NCBI GenBank assembly: GCA_964016885.1
Contig: OZ024743.1
Coordinates: 331,700,001-331,764,000 of the forward strand
Source: Eledone cirrhosa
Lineage: Eukaryota
Direction: 5' to 3'
DNA length: 64,000 nucleotides
A model generated the notes under the pieces. It had not been told where the DNA came from, made no database searches, and worked only from the letters and a program-made list of their open reading frames with translations. Both the position numbers and the translations under genes were made by a program. Positions 36,150 to 50,856 of this stretch are shown one piece after another. Each line of letters starts with the position of its first letter. Position 1 is the stretch's first letter.

Positions 36150-39127
36150 TGGGGTGTCAGGGAGGAGCATGTATCTCTGTAGGGAGGGCTAGCCATGCCC
36201 TTTTCAGGACAGCTCATCCTGCATTGGGTCCCACCTGACACTCAGCTCTCGCCTGAGGCGCCAAGAAGCTGTAGCATGCGACAGTGGCCACATCTCGGTA
36301 AACCGCCTTGGCTGGCGGGCCAAACCAGGTTGAGGGTAGCAGGACAAGTCTGAAACTCCCCCGGTGAGTTAGATAGGGGTGCCTGCCCCTGCATGCGAAG
36401 ACTGGACCCGGCAGAGTGAGTGGAGGAGGACAACATCGTCCCAACGGTCACGAAGGCGGCGACAGCAAGTGGTGTGGAGCGCTAGGGCACGGCAAGGCAC
36501 TACAGACGTTGTGGCCATCCACTGCAGCCAATGAAGTCCCTGGTCGTGACGGTCCTCCGTACCACCGAATTCTGGCTTCTACGGCCGAGTGAGTGGGACT
36601 GTCACTGTGCACTGGCCCTCCCACTATAAACCTTTCCTGCACAGGTTTCTTCTTTAGCGTGCACTCCCAAGCCCTGTGGCGATGGGCGAGAGGTGGAGGT
36701 AACCTCTGGGAGTTGCCAGTCTCAAGCCCACACGTTGGCGGCCTGGATGCGCAAGTCGTTCTCCTCCTGACTCTGGGATGACAGAGGAGATCAGGCGTTC
36801 CACTGGCGACTGGGCAGCCCTTTTCAGAGGACCACTGCTCACCCTCGCATGAGGGGAGGGACCATAAAAGGAGCCCTAATCAAATGCTCGTCCCACACAA
36901 AGCCGGCCAGTCTACTGAGGCTGGCGGTTTTACCCTTCCAAGCGGTCAAAACCAACATAATAGAAAGAAGAACTTGATTCTTGGCGCATGGAATGTGCAC
37001 ACCCTCATGGATAGGGAAACCCCCTTGAGGCCAGAGAGAAGAACTGCCCTCATAGCGAGGGAATTAGAATGCAGGACAAGTGGTGGGAAAAGAAGGCCGA
37101 AGAAGTCGAGAGATTTGCTGACACAAAGAACTCAAAGATCTTCTTCAGCGCCATTGGGGACGTCTACAGACCCCCCAAGCCTGTCACCACACCACTGCTG
37201 TCTGCTGACGGCTCGATCCTGCTGAAGGAGAAGAGCAGCATCAACTCGAGGTGGAAGAGCACTTCAGCAACCTGCTCAACAGGCCCTCCACTGTCGACCC
37301 TGCCACCCTCGACCAGGTCCCACAGAAGCCCGTAGTCGGCAGCTTCGACCTCCCTCCCACGTTGGATGAAGTCACGAAGGCAATCAACCAGACCAGCTCA
37401 GGAAAGGACAGGATTCCTGCCGAGATCTTCAAGTCGGCCGGTCCAGCTGCCCTGGGGGGTGGCCTTCCACACCCTCCTCGTCAGCATATGGGAGGAAGAA
37501 GAGGTGCCCAAAGACTTCAGGGATGCCCCAGTTGTCTCGCTTTTTAAGAACAAAGGCAGCAAAACTGACTGTGGCAACTATCGGAGCATTTCTCTCTGTC
37601 CATCGCTGGGAAGGTCCTAGCTCGGGTCATGCTTAACCACCTCATCGCCAACATCTCGGAGGACAACCTGCCTGAGGCCCAGTGTGGGTTCCGCCCAAAC
37701 CACAGCACGATCGACATGATCTCTGTACGCCAGGTGCAGGAGAAGTGTGTCGAGCAGAACATGGACCTCTTTGCCGTCTTCATAGACTTGATGAAGGCCT
37801 TCGACACTGTCAACAGGGAGGCCCTCTGGTTGATCCTGTCAAAGTTTGGATACCCAACAAAGTTTGTGAACCTGATACGGCAATTCCATGACGACATGAC
37901 CGAGCAGGTGCATTCGGGCGGAGAGGCATCGGAGCCGTTCGGAATCACCAACGGCGTCAAGCAAGGATGCGTGCTGGCTCTTGTCCTCTTCAACCTGTTC
38001 TTCGCCTGCGTGCTCAATCATGCCATCAGGGACCTCGAGCACGGAGTGTATTTGTGATACAGGCTGGATGGCTCCCTGTTTGACTTGCGGCGCCTGACAT
38101 CCTAAACAAGGACCGTGCAGAGGATCGCAATGGAGGCACTTTTTGCTGATGACTGTGCCCTCATGGCCCACAGAGAGTCTGACCTCCAAGTCATTGTCAA
38201 TAAGTTCGTGGAGGCCTCCTGCCTCTTCAGTCTCATAATTAGCCTTGGCAAGACTGAGGTCCTGTTCCAGCCTGCACCTGCCTCCGTCACCCACCCTCCT
38301 TCCATCGGAGGCACCCAGCTAAAGACAGTGGATGACTTCAAGTCCCTCGGCAGTGTCATCAGCAGCGATGGAAGCCTCGACAAGGAGATAAATGCCAGGA
38401 TCTGCAAGGCCAGTCAAGCCCTTTGCCGCCTGAAGACAAGCGTACTGAACCAGCACAACATCAGGCAGTCCGCCAAGCTGAAGGTGTACAGGGCCATTGT
38501 TCTCACCAGCCTCCTCTACGGATGTGAGACATGGACCCTGTACAGAAGGCACCTGAAGCAGCTGGAACGGTTCCACATGCGCAGTCTGTGGTCAATCATG
38601 AACATCAAATGGCAGGAGAGGTCTCCAACCTCGAAGTTCTTGACATGGCTGAGACAACCAGTGTCAAAGCTATGATACTGAAGAGCCAACTTCAATGGTT
38701 GGGACATGTCATCCGGATGGACGATCATAGGCTTCCGAAGCAACTGATGTATGAGGAACTCTGTTCGGGAAATGAAAGCGGAGAAGGCCACTCAAGAGGT
38801 TCAAAGACTGCGTTAAGTCCAGTATCAACAACACTGGAATCACCCCAAAAGAACTTGAGTCCCATGCTCAGGACAGGACTGAGTGGCGAGCCCTTACCAG
38901 ACACGCCAAGGACTCTTTTGAAGAAAAGAGACGGTCAGAGGTCACTGGGGCCCGTGAAAGGCATCAACAACTGCCCCAAGCAACTCTGGTCTTTTCCCCT
39001 GCCCCCACTGTCCCGGGACCTGCAAGTCAAGGTTCGGCCTCCACAGCCACCTGCGTGCCCACGACAGACGGGAACTAAAATAAAGAAGATGTCATCATCG
39101 TTCCCTATGGACAACCAAGAAAGACAA
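36150..39127 (+). mobile_element. GC-rich RTE (BovB-like) LINE with 5' UTR; most of the endonuclease deleted; several frameshifts
   Basis: LILGAWNVHTLMD...RRTALIARELE fused to MQDKWWEKKAEE; CGNYRSISL, PEAQCGFRP, FIDLMKAFDTVNR, GVKQGCVLA, LFADD, SLLYGCETW; C2H2 FPCPHCPGTCKSRFGLHSHLRAH. Confidence 0.95.
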
Positions 39128-42100
39128 ATCAACTATACCGATCTATCACTCTATACTATCTGCCAATCTCTTCTACTAAACTACTAAGCTATACTAAACT
39201 AACACTATATCAACTACTAATCTTTACTAAGCTATACTAAACTAACACTATACTAACTACTAATCTATACTAAGCTATACTAAACTAACATTATACTAAC
39301 TACTAATCTACACTAAGCTATACTAGATTAACACTATACTAACTACTAATCTATACTAGACTAACACTATACTAACTACTAATCTATATTAAACTAACAC
39401 TATACTAACAACTAATCTATACTAAGCTATACTAAACTAACACTATACTACCTACTAAGCTATACTAAACTAACACTATACTAACTACTAATCTATACTA
39501 ACTACCAATCTATACTAAACTATACTAAACTAACACTATACTAACTACTAATCTATACTAAGCTATACTAAACTAACACTATACTAACTACCAATCTATA
39601 CTAAACTATACTAAACTAACACTATACTAACTACTAATCTATACTAAGCTATACTAAACTAACACTATACTAACTACTAATCTATACTAAGCTATACTAA
39701 ACTAACACTATACTAACTACTAATCTATACTAAGCTATACTAACTACTAACACTATACTAACTACCAATCTATACTAAGCTATACTAACTACTAACACTA
39801 TACTAACTACCAATCTATACTAAGCTATACTAAACTAACACTATACTAACTACCAATCTATACTAAGCTATACTAACTACTAACACTATACTAACTACCA
39901 ATCTATACTAAGCTATACTAACTACTAACACTATACGAACTACCAATCTATACTAAGCTATACTAAACTAACACTATACTAACTACTAATCTATACTAAG
40001 CTAAACTAAACTAACACTATACTAACTACTAGCTATACTAAACTAACACTATACTAACTACTAATCTATACTAAGCTATACTAAACTAACACTATACTAA
40101 CTACTAATCTATATTAAGCTATAGTAAACTAACACTATACTAACTACTAATCTATACTAAGCTATACTAAAGTAACACTATACTAACTACTAATCTATAC
40201 TAAGCTATACTAAACTAACACTATACTAACTACTAATATTTACTAAGCTATACTAAACTAACACTATACTAACTACTAATCTATACTAAGCTATACTAAA
40301 CTAACACTATACTAACTACTAATCTATACTAAGCTATACTAAACTAACACTATACTAACTACTAATCTATACTAAGCTATACTAACTACTAACACTATAC
40401 TAACTACCAATCTATACTAAGCTATACTAACTACTAACACTATACTAACTACCAATCTATACTAAGCTATACTAAACTAACACTATACTAACTACTAATC
40501 TATACTAAGCTAAACTAAACTAACACTATACTAACTACCAATCTATACTAAGCTATACTAACTTCTAACACTATACTAACTACCAATCTATACTAAGCTA
40601 TACTAACTACTAACACTATACTAACTACCAATCTATACTAAGCTATACTAAACTAACACTATACTAACTACTAATCTATACTAAGCTAAACTAAACTAAT
40701 ACTATACTAACTACCAATCTATACTAAGCTATACTAACTACTAACACTATACTAACTACCAATCTATACTAAGCTATACTAAACTAACACTATACTAACT
40801 ACTAATCTATACTAAGCTATACTAAACTAACACTATACTAACTACTAAGCTATACTAACTACTAACACTATACTAACTACCAATCTATACTAAGCTATAC
40901 TAACTACTAACACTATACTAACTACTAATCTATATTAAGCTATAATAAACTAACACTATACTAACTACTAATCTATACTAAGCTATACTAAACTAACACT
41001 ATACTAACTACTAATCTATACTAAGCTATACTAAACTAACACTATACTAACTACTAATATTTACTAAGCTATACTAAACTAACACTATACTACCTACTAA
41101 TCTATACTAAGCTATACTAAACTAACACTATACTAACTACTAATCTATACTAAACTAACACTCTACTAACTACTAATCTATACTAAGCTATACTAAACTA
41201 ACGCTCTACTAACTACTAATCTATACTAAGCTATACTAAACTAACACTATACTAACTACTAATCTATACTAAACTAACACTCTACTAACTACTAATCTAT
41301 ACTAAGCTATACTAAACTAACGCTCTACTAACTACTAATCTATACTAAGCTATACTAAACTAACACTATACTAACTACCAATCTATACTAAACTAACACT
41401 ATACTAACTAACTACCAATCTATACTAAGCTATACTAAACTAACACTCTACTAACTACTAATCTATACTAAGCTATACTAAACTAACGCTCTACTAACTA
41501 CTAATCTATACTAAGCTATACTAAACTAACACTATACTAACTACCAATCTATACTAAACTAACACTATACTAACTAACTACCAATCTATACTAAGCTATA
41601 CTAAACTAACACTATACTAACTACTAAACTACTAAGCTATACTAAACTAACACTATACTAACTACTAATCTTTACTAAGCTATACTAAACTAACACTATA
41701 CTAACTACTAATCTATACTAAGCTATACTAAACTAACACTATACTAACTACTAATCTTTACTAAGCTATACTAAACTAACACTATACTAACTACTAATCT
41801 TTACTAAGCTATACTAAACTAACACTATACTAACTACTAATCTTTACTAAGCTATACTAAACTAACACTATACTAACTACTAATCTTTACTAAGCTATAC
41901 TAAACTAACACTATACTAACTACTAATCTATACTAAGCTATACTAAACTAACACTATACTAACTACTAATCTATACTAAGCTATACTAAACTAACACTAT
42001 ACTAACTACTAATCTATACTAAGCTATACTAACTACTAACACTATACTAACTACTAATCTATACTAAGCTATACTAAACTAACACTATACTAACTACTAA

Positions 42101-42250
42101 TCTATACTAAGCTATACTAAACTAACACTATACTAACTACTAATCTATACTAAGCTATACTAAACTAACACTATACTAACTACTAATCTATACTAAGCTA
42201 TACTAAACTAACACTATACTAACTACCAATCTATACTAAGCTATACTAAC
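39128..42250 (+). repeat. ~3.1-kb satellite with 43/45-bp units built from ~10-bp CTATACTAA(N) subunits
   Basis: Unit CTATACTAAGCTATACTAAACTAACACTATACTAACTACTAAT. Confidence 0.97.
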
Positions 42251-42870
42251 AGCCATCAATGTAAATCTGGTTTTGAAAAAATGCATTTCATAATTTGAAA
42301 TATTTTCTTTTTCCCCAGAGACTTAATAAAATAAAAGTCTAAGTGTATGTGTGTGTGTGTGATGAAGAGTCTGTGGAAGTATGTGTGTGTGTGGGGGTGA
42401 GTAAGTATGTGTATGGAAGTGTGTTTAAGTGTGTGTGCAGGTGTATATGTTGTAATATGTGGGTGGGTGGGGAGGGGGATACATATGGGAGTATGCATGT
42501 GTTGAAGTGTGTGTGTATGTATGTATGTATGTGTGGAAGTGTATGTGTGTTGAAGTGTGTACGCATGTGTATATGTTGAAATATCTGTTAAGACAAGTGT
42601 GTGAATGTATGTGTATGTGTGTATGTGTGTGCATGTGTGTATGTGTGTGTATGTATGTATGTATGTGTGTATGTGTGTACATATATGTATAAATATATAT
42701 GTGTGTGTGTGCGTGTGTTTGTGTGTGTATGTATATATGTATGTATCATGAATATACTAATGTATATGTAGAAAAAAGTGTAACTTGTCAAATGGTGTTA
42801 TATTTTTACTGTTTTGTTGTTTTTCTTGTTCTAAATGTACTTTTCTTTTAGTCTTACATAAACATGATTT

Positions 42871-42910
<40 letters not shown>

Positions 42911-43051
42911 ATAGATGCTGTGTGTGTGAGTGTGTTAGACCTCCTTTGGTTCCATTGATAAGTGAGCCGGATGATGACGATGATGATATCACACAAGACA
43001 GAAAGAGACAAAAGGATGAAAAACTATTATTACAGCACTGATTATATATAT

Positions 43052-43401
43052 GGAGGCACATGGCTTAGTGGTTAGAGCATTGGCCTTGCAATCGAAAGGT
43101 TGTGAGTTCAATTCTCAGACCGGGTGATGTGTTGTTTCCTTGAGCAAGACACTTTATTTTACACATTGCGCCAGTTTACTCAGCTGTAGAAATGAGATGA
43201 TAGGGACTGGGGTCCCTATCATTCCACTGCAAAGTGGTTGTGGAGGTGCCACGGCAAAAAAGCACCCAGCACTCACTGTAAAATGAGGTTAGTGTTAGGA
43301 AGGGCATCCAGCTGTAGAAATCAAGCGAGAATCAGTTCCCGTCCCACCCTTGCAAGCAGGGAAAAGCGGACGAAAAATGATGATGATGATCATCATCATC
43401 A

Positions 43402-43408
<7 letters not shown>
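43052..43408 (+). mobile_element. SINE family A
   Basis: Consensus match. Confidence 0.92.
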
Positions 43409-43435
<27 letters not shown>

Positions 43436-43548
43436 CATCATCATCATCATCATCATCATATCATCCTATATATATATATATATAAATATATATATAGGAA
43501 AATAGTCAGGACCCCGACGGCTGAGCACTGGCCGATGATGATGATGAT

Positions 43549-43862
43549 CATCATCATTTTACGTCCGCTTTTCCCTGCTTGCAAGGGTGGGTCGGGAACT
43601 GATTCTGGCTTGATTTCTACAGCTGGATGCCCTTCCTAACACCAACCTCATTTACAGTGAGTCCTGGATGCTTTTTTGCCGTGGCACCTACACAACCACT
43701 TTGCAGTGGAATGATAGGGATCCTTTCTACAGCTGAGTTAACTAGACCAATGTGAAATAAAGTGTCTTGCTCAAGGAAACAACACATCACCTGGTCTGAG
43801 AATTGAACTCACAACCTTTCAATTGCAAGGCCAATGCTCTAACCACTAAGCCATGTGCCTCC
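43549..43862 (-). mobile_element. SINE family A, inverted relative to 43052-43408
   Basis: Consensus match with a small internal deletion. Confidence 0.92.
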
Positions 43863-43965
43863 ATGATATATATATATCTTTATATATATACACACACATA
43901 CATATATATAAACATACATACAAACATATATATAAATATACGTATATATCTATATACACACACAA

Positions 43966-43998
<33 letters not shown>

Positions 43999-44870
43999 AA
44001 CATATGTACAAACACATTTTTAAACATATACACACACATAAACATATATACACACACACACAAACATAAATATATATATGTGTACGTATGTGTATTATAA
44101 CAGCTAATATAGTATAAATGTGTATATCACATAGCTAATTGTGCCTGTAACCATATCACAATATCACACCAGCAAACAACTCCATATCAAAATTTAACAG
44201 CATGTGATTAATGAGAATGAAATGGATATCACATAGCTAATTGTTCTTTTATCTCTATAATACATAGCAAACACTTCTAGATCACTTTTTATAGAAATCA
44301 ATAGAAATCAATATTGATTGATATCATTTACTGTAGTATGTAATAATTTATCAGACTTCACCATGTCACATTACATAACAGCACCATATCACATACGCTT
44401 CATTAAGATATTAGCTCTTATACATCAAGACACAACCAATCAACTTGTTACAATACTAATGGACCTATTGCCATCATAACTGATGGCAATAGTGATGGAC
44501 ATATTTAATGTGTGTAGTTCAGGATTGCTATGTCATATATACCAGAACTGGCCCCGTGCCATCAAAAATGATGGCTAATTGTAATAACTATACATAATAT
44601 AAAAAATATGTTGGTTGGGTGGTTGGTTGGTTGGTTCCTTTACGCTTACACACACAACTGATAAAAACATACAAATACACAGCTGTGATGAATCTTAGAA
44701 TGCTAGACTTCTATAGTTTCTCATCCCCACTTCTTCAGTTTCACACAGACGCGTGTGCATTAGATACCACTTCCTTCCTCAGTCAACATAATCACCCCTT
44801 CCTTCTTCAGTCATCTCTATTGTGTGACGGACAAATACACATTGGGTATTACATTAGTAGATTGTTAAAT

Positions 44871-45325
44871 AATAATGATGAAATTATTGTGTACAGTGCT
44901 CAGGTGCACTACAACTCATCAAAGGTGCATATATAGTACATAGAATAATATACAAATGTCAGGAAAATGAACAGTGTACGAGTCATGAAATACATGTGTG
45001 TGTGTGTGTATGGAGGGGGGACATCAGGTGCAGTGTTGGCAAATCTCAGGAAGCATGGAGGTTTTAAAGGATGCAGTGTCTCGACAGCTAACAACTGATG
45101 CAGGAGTTTGTTCCATGCTTCAGCAACTCTGAGCGTGAAAAAATGTTTCCGAAAGTCATGGGAGCTGTGCTGTTTTCTGACTTTGTAGGCATGTCCACGT
45201 GTGTTAGACACATGGAGATCAAAAAGGTGCTCAGGGTTGTTGTTGGTGAGATGGTTAATAACTTTGTGGGTGTTTACCAAGTCAGTTGTCAGACATCGGA
45301 GCTAGTCAGTTGCCAGACATCAGAA
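44871..45325 (-). mobile_element. CR1-clade LINE 3' fragment (second copy at 51686-51950)
   Basis: TRGHAYKVRKQHSSHDFRKHFFTLRVAEAWNKL is a typical CR1 ORF2 C-terminus; (ATT)n tail. Confidence 0.88.
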
Positions 45326-46344
45326 CTTTGGATATATAAACAATCATATAAATTAGGAAATTTCTATTGTGATAAATTAATGACTTTATACTCTTAAGTC
45401 CCAAATAACAGGGGGTGGGGGATAATAGGGGATTGGGTGGTGTGTGCAAAATCGGTAATTTTTCTAGGTTGTCGCTGTTGATTTAAAAGAAAAAGAAAAC
45501 TGAGATAATTGTTTACTTTACATATTGAGACTCCAACCCTTCCTATTTATTTTATAATGTATGGGATTTCTAGTAACGTTCTTTTTATCATGTGTAATGT
45601 TTTTTAAAGTATAAAGAAAATTAATTGTCACTGGAATGCTACCATAAAATTTTGTCTGAGATAGATTAGCAAAATTTAACAAGGATGGGGGGGGGGGGGT
45701 CTGAAAAATGGTATTTATGATGGTTAGGATGATGATGGTGGTGGTGATGGTGTTATTGATGGTGGTGATGGTATTGATAGTGATGGTATTTATGATGATG
45801 GTATTGGTGATGATGTTGGTGGTATTGTTGGTGGTGGTGATGATGGTAGAGCATCGAAAAACATACTTTGTGGCATATGCTTACGTCACTTTACATTCCG
45901 AGTTCAAATCCTATTGAGGTGAGAAACAACCGACTCCAGCTGATCCGGCTGGATCCCCAAGCAAGACCAGCCAAGTTCATCAATGTTATCCGACTATCTT
46001 GCTCGGGGTCTACCCCTGCCGGTTAGTTTTGCCTGTAAAATCTGTCCAGTGATTCCTTCCCGAGACATTCTAACCAAATGCCCACAGTATCAGAGCTGTG
46101 ATCTCTCAATTCAGAGAAATAGCAGCTCTACCTGAGATGATTAACTGATGTCCAAGATATACACTCTACAAGTAAAGTCACTCCAAAGACACCTCAGAGG
46201 AACCCTATTTCAGCCACTTGTTTGGTATCAAGAGTAACGTTACCCCAAAGACCCTTGAGAGGAGCCCCATTCTTAGTAGACTTTCCCCTTCCCTAAAATT
46301 GTTCGTCATGTGCCTAAATCAGAAACTATTATTATTATTACTAC

Positions 46345-46892
46345 TATTAGATTTGCAGTATCGGTAGAGCATTGGACAACATGCTTTGTGGCATAGAGTT
46401 ACAGCTCTTTACATTCTAAGTTCAAATCCCGTTGAGGTAACTTCACCTTTCATCCTTGTGGGGTCGATAAAATAGAGTACCAGTAACGCATTCGGGTTGA
46501 TTTAATTAACTTTCCCCTCCGGCGAAATTGTTGACTTTGTACCTGAATCAGAAACCATTACTATTATTATTATTGGAAGGGCGGTGGATTGGCAGTATCG
46601 GTAGAGAGGCTGACGCCATGCTTTGCAGCAAAGAGTTACAGCCCTTTATGGTCTGAGTTCAAATCTCGCCGAGGTTAACTTATTATTGGATTGGCAGTAC
46701 TGGTAGAGCAGCGGACATGATTTTTTGGCATATAACTACATTCCATTATGAGTTCAAATTGCTCCGAGGTTAACTTTACCTTTCATCCTTACGGGGGTTG
46801 ATAAAATAAAGTACCAGTAATGCACTGGGGTTGATTTAATCAAGTCTCCCCTCCCCTTAAATTGCTGGCTTGTACCAAAACTAGAAACAATT
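46345..46892 (+). mobile_element. Three tandem SINE B copies or fragments
   Basis: Repeated GCAGTATCGGTAGAG...GAGTTCAAAT...CTTTCATCC. Confidence 0.85.
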
Positions 46893-46984
46893 CTTATAAT
46901 CTTTTGCAGCCAGTGATGAAAATATTGTTGCTAGTCTTACAGTGGAACTTCTCAACAAGGGGATCTTAGAAACTTTTAAATTTG

Positions 46985-47835
46985 ATCACCACAATCATCA
47001 CCACCACCAACACCACCACCACCAATAACACCACCAACACTACCACCAACACCATCACCATCACCACCACTACTAACAGCATCATCAACACTACTACCAC
47101 CGCCAACACCACAAACACCATCAACACTACCACCACCAACAACACTACCACCACCAACATCACCACCACTACCACAAACACCATCACCACCATCACCACC
47201 ATAAACACCACCACCACCACTACCACCAACACCAACACCTTTATTATTTCTAGGCTGACATTTTTTTTTATTCACCACAATTTTTATTGTACTATTTGTT
47301 GTTTGTTTCATTAATTATAATTTTTAAAGATATGAAAAAAATATTTTAATTTAATTTTTTTTGTTATATCATAAAATATATTTTAGCAAATCTGAGATTG
47401 GCTTCATTTTATGTTGTATATTGTTGTATATCTTTATTATGGTTTTGTTGTTGTATATCTTTATTTGTTATTGTTGTTGTATATCTTTATTTGTTATTGT
47501 TGTTAATGGTGGAGGTGTTGTTGGTATTGTTGGTAGTGGTGTTATTGTAGTTAATGGCAGTGGTGTAGATGTTATTGGTGTTGTTGTTATTGTTAACGGT
47601 GGTGGTGGAGGTGTTGTTGGTGAGGTTATTGTCAATGGCAGTGGTGTAGATGGTGTTGTTGTTGTTGTTATTGTTAATGGTGGTGGTGGAGGTGTTGTTG
47701 GTGAGGTTTTTGTCAATGGCAGTGGTGTAGATGGTGTTGTTGTTGTTGTTGTTGTTATTGTTAATGGTGGTGGTGGAGGTGTTGTTGGTGAGGTTTTTGT
47801 CAATGGCAGTGGTGTAGATGGTGTTGTTGTTAGAG
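46985..47835. repeat. (CAC/AAC) and (GTT/GGT) low-complexity tracts with a ~80-bp higher-order repeat at 47500-47830
   Basis: Directly visible. Confidence 0.88.
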
Positions 47836-48180
47836 ATAAGACTGGTGTTAGTTTAATCACTAGTTTTGTGATAGGTTTTAATTGAGATAATAACGAAAGC
47901 AGAAATTAAATGAAAAGACTGAGAGTGACACTGATGATGGTGATGGTAGCAATTACTCGGATTAGGATGATGATGATGATGACGATATTGCTGCTGATGA
48001 TGATGATGATGATTTAATGTCAATGGGTAATTAGAAAAAAGGAAATATCATATCTGTAGTTTAGAGAAAGTGGGAGGCAGAGGGGGGGGGGGGGGTGATA
48101 TAATAATTAGTTATATGAGGAGGTTGTATTGGCTGGTTAATGGCAAAGTATGTTGTTGTATAAGCATGTATATTGTATAA

Positions 48181-48365
48181 TAATTGTTTCTACTATTGGC
48201 ACAAGGCCAGCAATTACCTCAGTGTGCTGTACTTTATTTTATCGACCCCGTAAGGATGAAAGGCAAAGTTAACCTCGGCGGGATTTGATCTCAGAATGGC
48301 AAGGGCCGTAACTCTATGCTAGAAAGCATGGCGTCCGACCCTCTACCGATACTGCCAATCTACCA
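48181..48365 (-). mobile_element. SINE family B (further copies at 53497-53685 -, 58110-58445 +, 59890-60110 +, 30185-30345 +, 61765-61925 +)
   Basis: Consensus match. Confidence 0.88.
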
Positions 48366-48900
48366 ATCTGGTTGGTTGTGATTCAAGATAAAGGCAGAGT
48401 TGTTTGTGTGTCGGAATCTCTGCATTCTAAGATCAGTTCAAGTTCTGCCAGGGCCAACTTCACCATTCATCCTTTTTTTTTTTTTGCTGGTGGTGGTGGT
48501 GGGGGGATATTCGGGGTGGGGGGGGGGGGGGGGATAAAATAAAATACCAGTGCAAACTGGGGATGATTCTCTTTTTATCCTTAGCCTCACCCTTTCTTTC
48601 TCTCTCTTACTTTCTTTTTCTCCCTCCCTCTTTCCTTCCCTTCCTCCCTCCATCTTTCTCTCACTCACCCTCTCTCTTTCCTTCTTTCTCTCTCAGCCAC
48701 CCTCTCTCTTTCCTACTTTCTCTCTCTCTCTCACTCACCTCTCTCTTTCCTTCTTTCTCTCTCTCTCTCACTCACCCTCTCTCTCTCTCTTTCTCTCTTT
48801 CCTTCTTTCTCTCTCACTTTCCTTCTTTCTCTCTCTCTCTTAGAAGAAGGAGAAGAAGAAATTGGCAATGGTTGGGTAAACCAAGCTCACAAATGCTTAC

Positions 48901-48972
48901 AATTGAGGAACCCCACAAATATATAGTCACCTTGACCACCAAGGGCATGTGCCCTTTTTCAATTATCTTTCT
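48901..48972 (-). CDS. Weak candidate 72-nt exon (RKIIEKGHMPLVVKVTIYLWGSSI)
   Basis: TGTATGTCAG acceptor, GTAAGC donor, open phase-0 frame compatible with the 54938-54980 exon. Confidence 0.22.
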
Positions 48973-50234
48973 CTGACATACAGGCCCCCACTGACAACGA
49001 CATACTTTAAATATAAACATGCTCTACTTAATTTAAATTGAGTTTCTACACTTAATATATATTCAACACCAAATTATACACACAGGGTATACATTCCTTC
49101 CTAAAAAATATTGTGTTTTTAAGGCAGACCCTAACTCCTTAACTGCACAGCCATCTCTTCACTTGTGTGTAGAATGGTAGATGGTATGGTAGAGAGACTA
49201 ACGAGACAATAGTAACAACAACACTAATAACACCATCAACGCCACCAACAACAACGCCAACAACACTAACAACAACACCACCAACAACAACACTAACACC
49301 AACAACACTAACAACATCAACAACACCAGCAACAACAACAACAACACCACCACCAACACTACCAACAACAAGACCAACAACACCGACAAAACCACCTACA
49401 ACAAAACCAACACAACCAACTTCAATACCAACAACACCACCATCACCAACTCCACCACCATCACCAACTCCACCACCAACAACTCCAACACCAACACCAC
49501 CACATCACCAACAACTCCAACACCAACACCACCAACAACAACACCAACAACAACACCAACACCACCAACAACAACAACACCAAGACCACCAACAACAACA
49601 ACTCCAACACCAACAACAACAACACCAACACCACCAACAACAACAACGCCAACACCAACAACAGCACCACTAACATCACCACCAACACCACCACCAACAC
49701 CACCACCAACACCAAACAACATCACTAACACCACCAACAACAACTCCAACAACACTACCAACAACACCACCAACAACAGTACAAAAGGGTAGAAGATGCA
49801 GGGGGAGACAATCAATAAAATGCATTAAAGCAGATTTGTTATCATAATGATATAATCAGAATTGAAGTGTTTCAAATTAGAGAGAGGGGAGAGGGCGGTA
49901 TTTGGGGTGGTGGAGGAGTAAAGAGAAGGAGAGGTGGTGTGGGTGAATGTGGGGGTGGAGGGTGATGAAAGAGGGGTTAATTATAGCGGTTAGAAGATGG
50001 CAGAAAGGGGGTTAGAGAGCGAATGTGGAATTGAGAGTGATATTGTGATAATGGTTGTAAAGGAAGAACAAAGAAAAAAAAAGGCCATTATGTAAAGTTG
50101 AGTTTTCATTTGGAGATAATGATAATGAGGGACCTCCACCAGTTCTGACGATGATTGTTTCAGTTGCTCAATTAATGGGACAGCCTGCTCATGACAGTAA
50201 CATCTAAGTGGCCAAGCATTCCACAGATATACAA

Positions 50235-50856
50235 CTCATAAACAAATTGAGAGAGAGACTAAGCATAAGAAGAATCAAATGCTGTGTGCAGGAGCGGAGA
50301 TTACATTGGTATGGATATGTGATGCATAAACAGGTGCAGATCACTAAAAGTCGATGGAAGCCTTGGAGTGGGGAGACCCAAGAAGACCTGGGATGAGGTG
50401 ATAAAAGCTGATCTTACCCAATTGCACCTCTCAAAGGCGATGACACACGACCGTGACCTCTTGTGTCACGCAGTAATACAGAAGACCCGACTTCCAACGG
50501 GTACAAGCCGGAGCTGAAGCATATAGACAGTATGCCCCCCCCCCCACCACTGTACAGTGGTCATGTAGGTGTCACAACAAAAAAGCACCCAGTCCACACT
50601 GTAAAGTGGTCGTGTAGGCGTCACAACAAAAAGTACCCAGTACACACTGTAAGGTGGGCACAACAAAAAGTACCCAGTCCACACTGTAAATGAGGTTGGT
50701 GTTAGGAAGGCCATCTAGCGGTAGAAATCAAGCCAAAATCAATTCTGTATGAGCAAGACATGGTCACCTGACCTGGCATTGACCACAACAGGACAACTCA
50801 TCTAACTCATGCTAGCGTGGAAGAATGGACATAAAACGGTGATGATGATGATGATC
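50235..50856 (+). mobile_element. Older RTE LINE 3' fragment with modular 3' UTR
   Basis: LRERLSIRRIKCCVQERRLHWYGYVM...GRPKKTW; (GAT)n tail. Confidence 0.85.
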
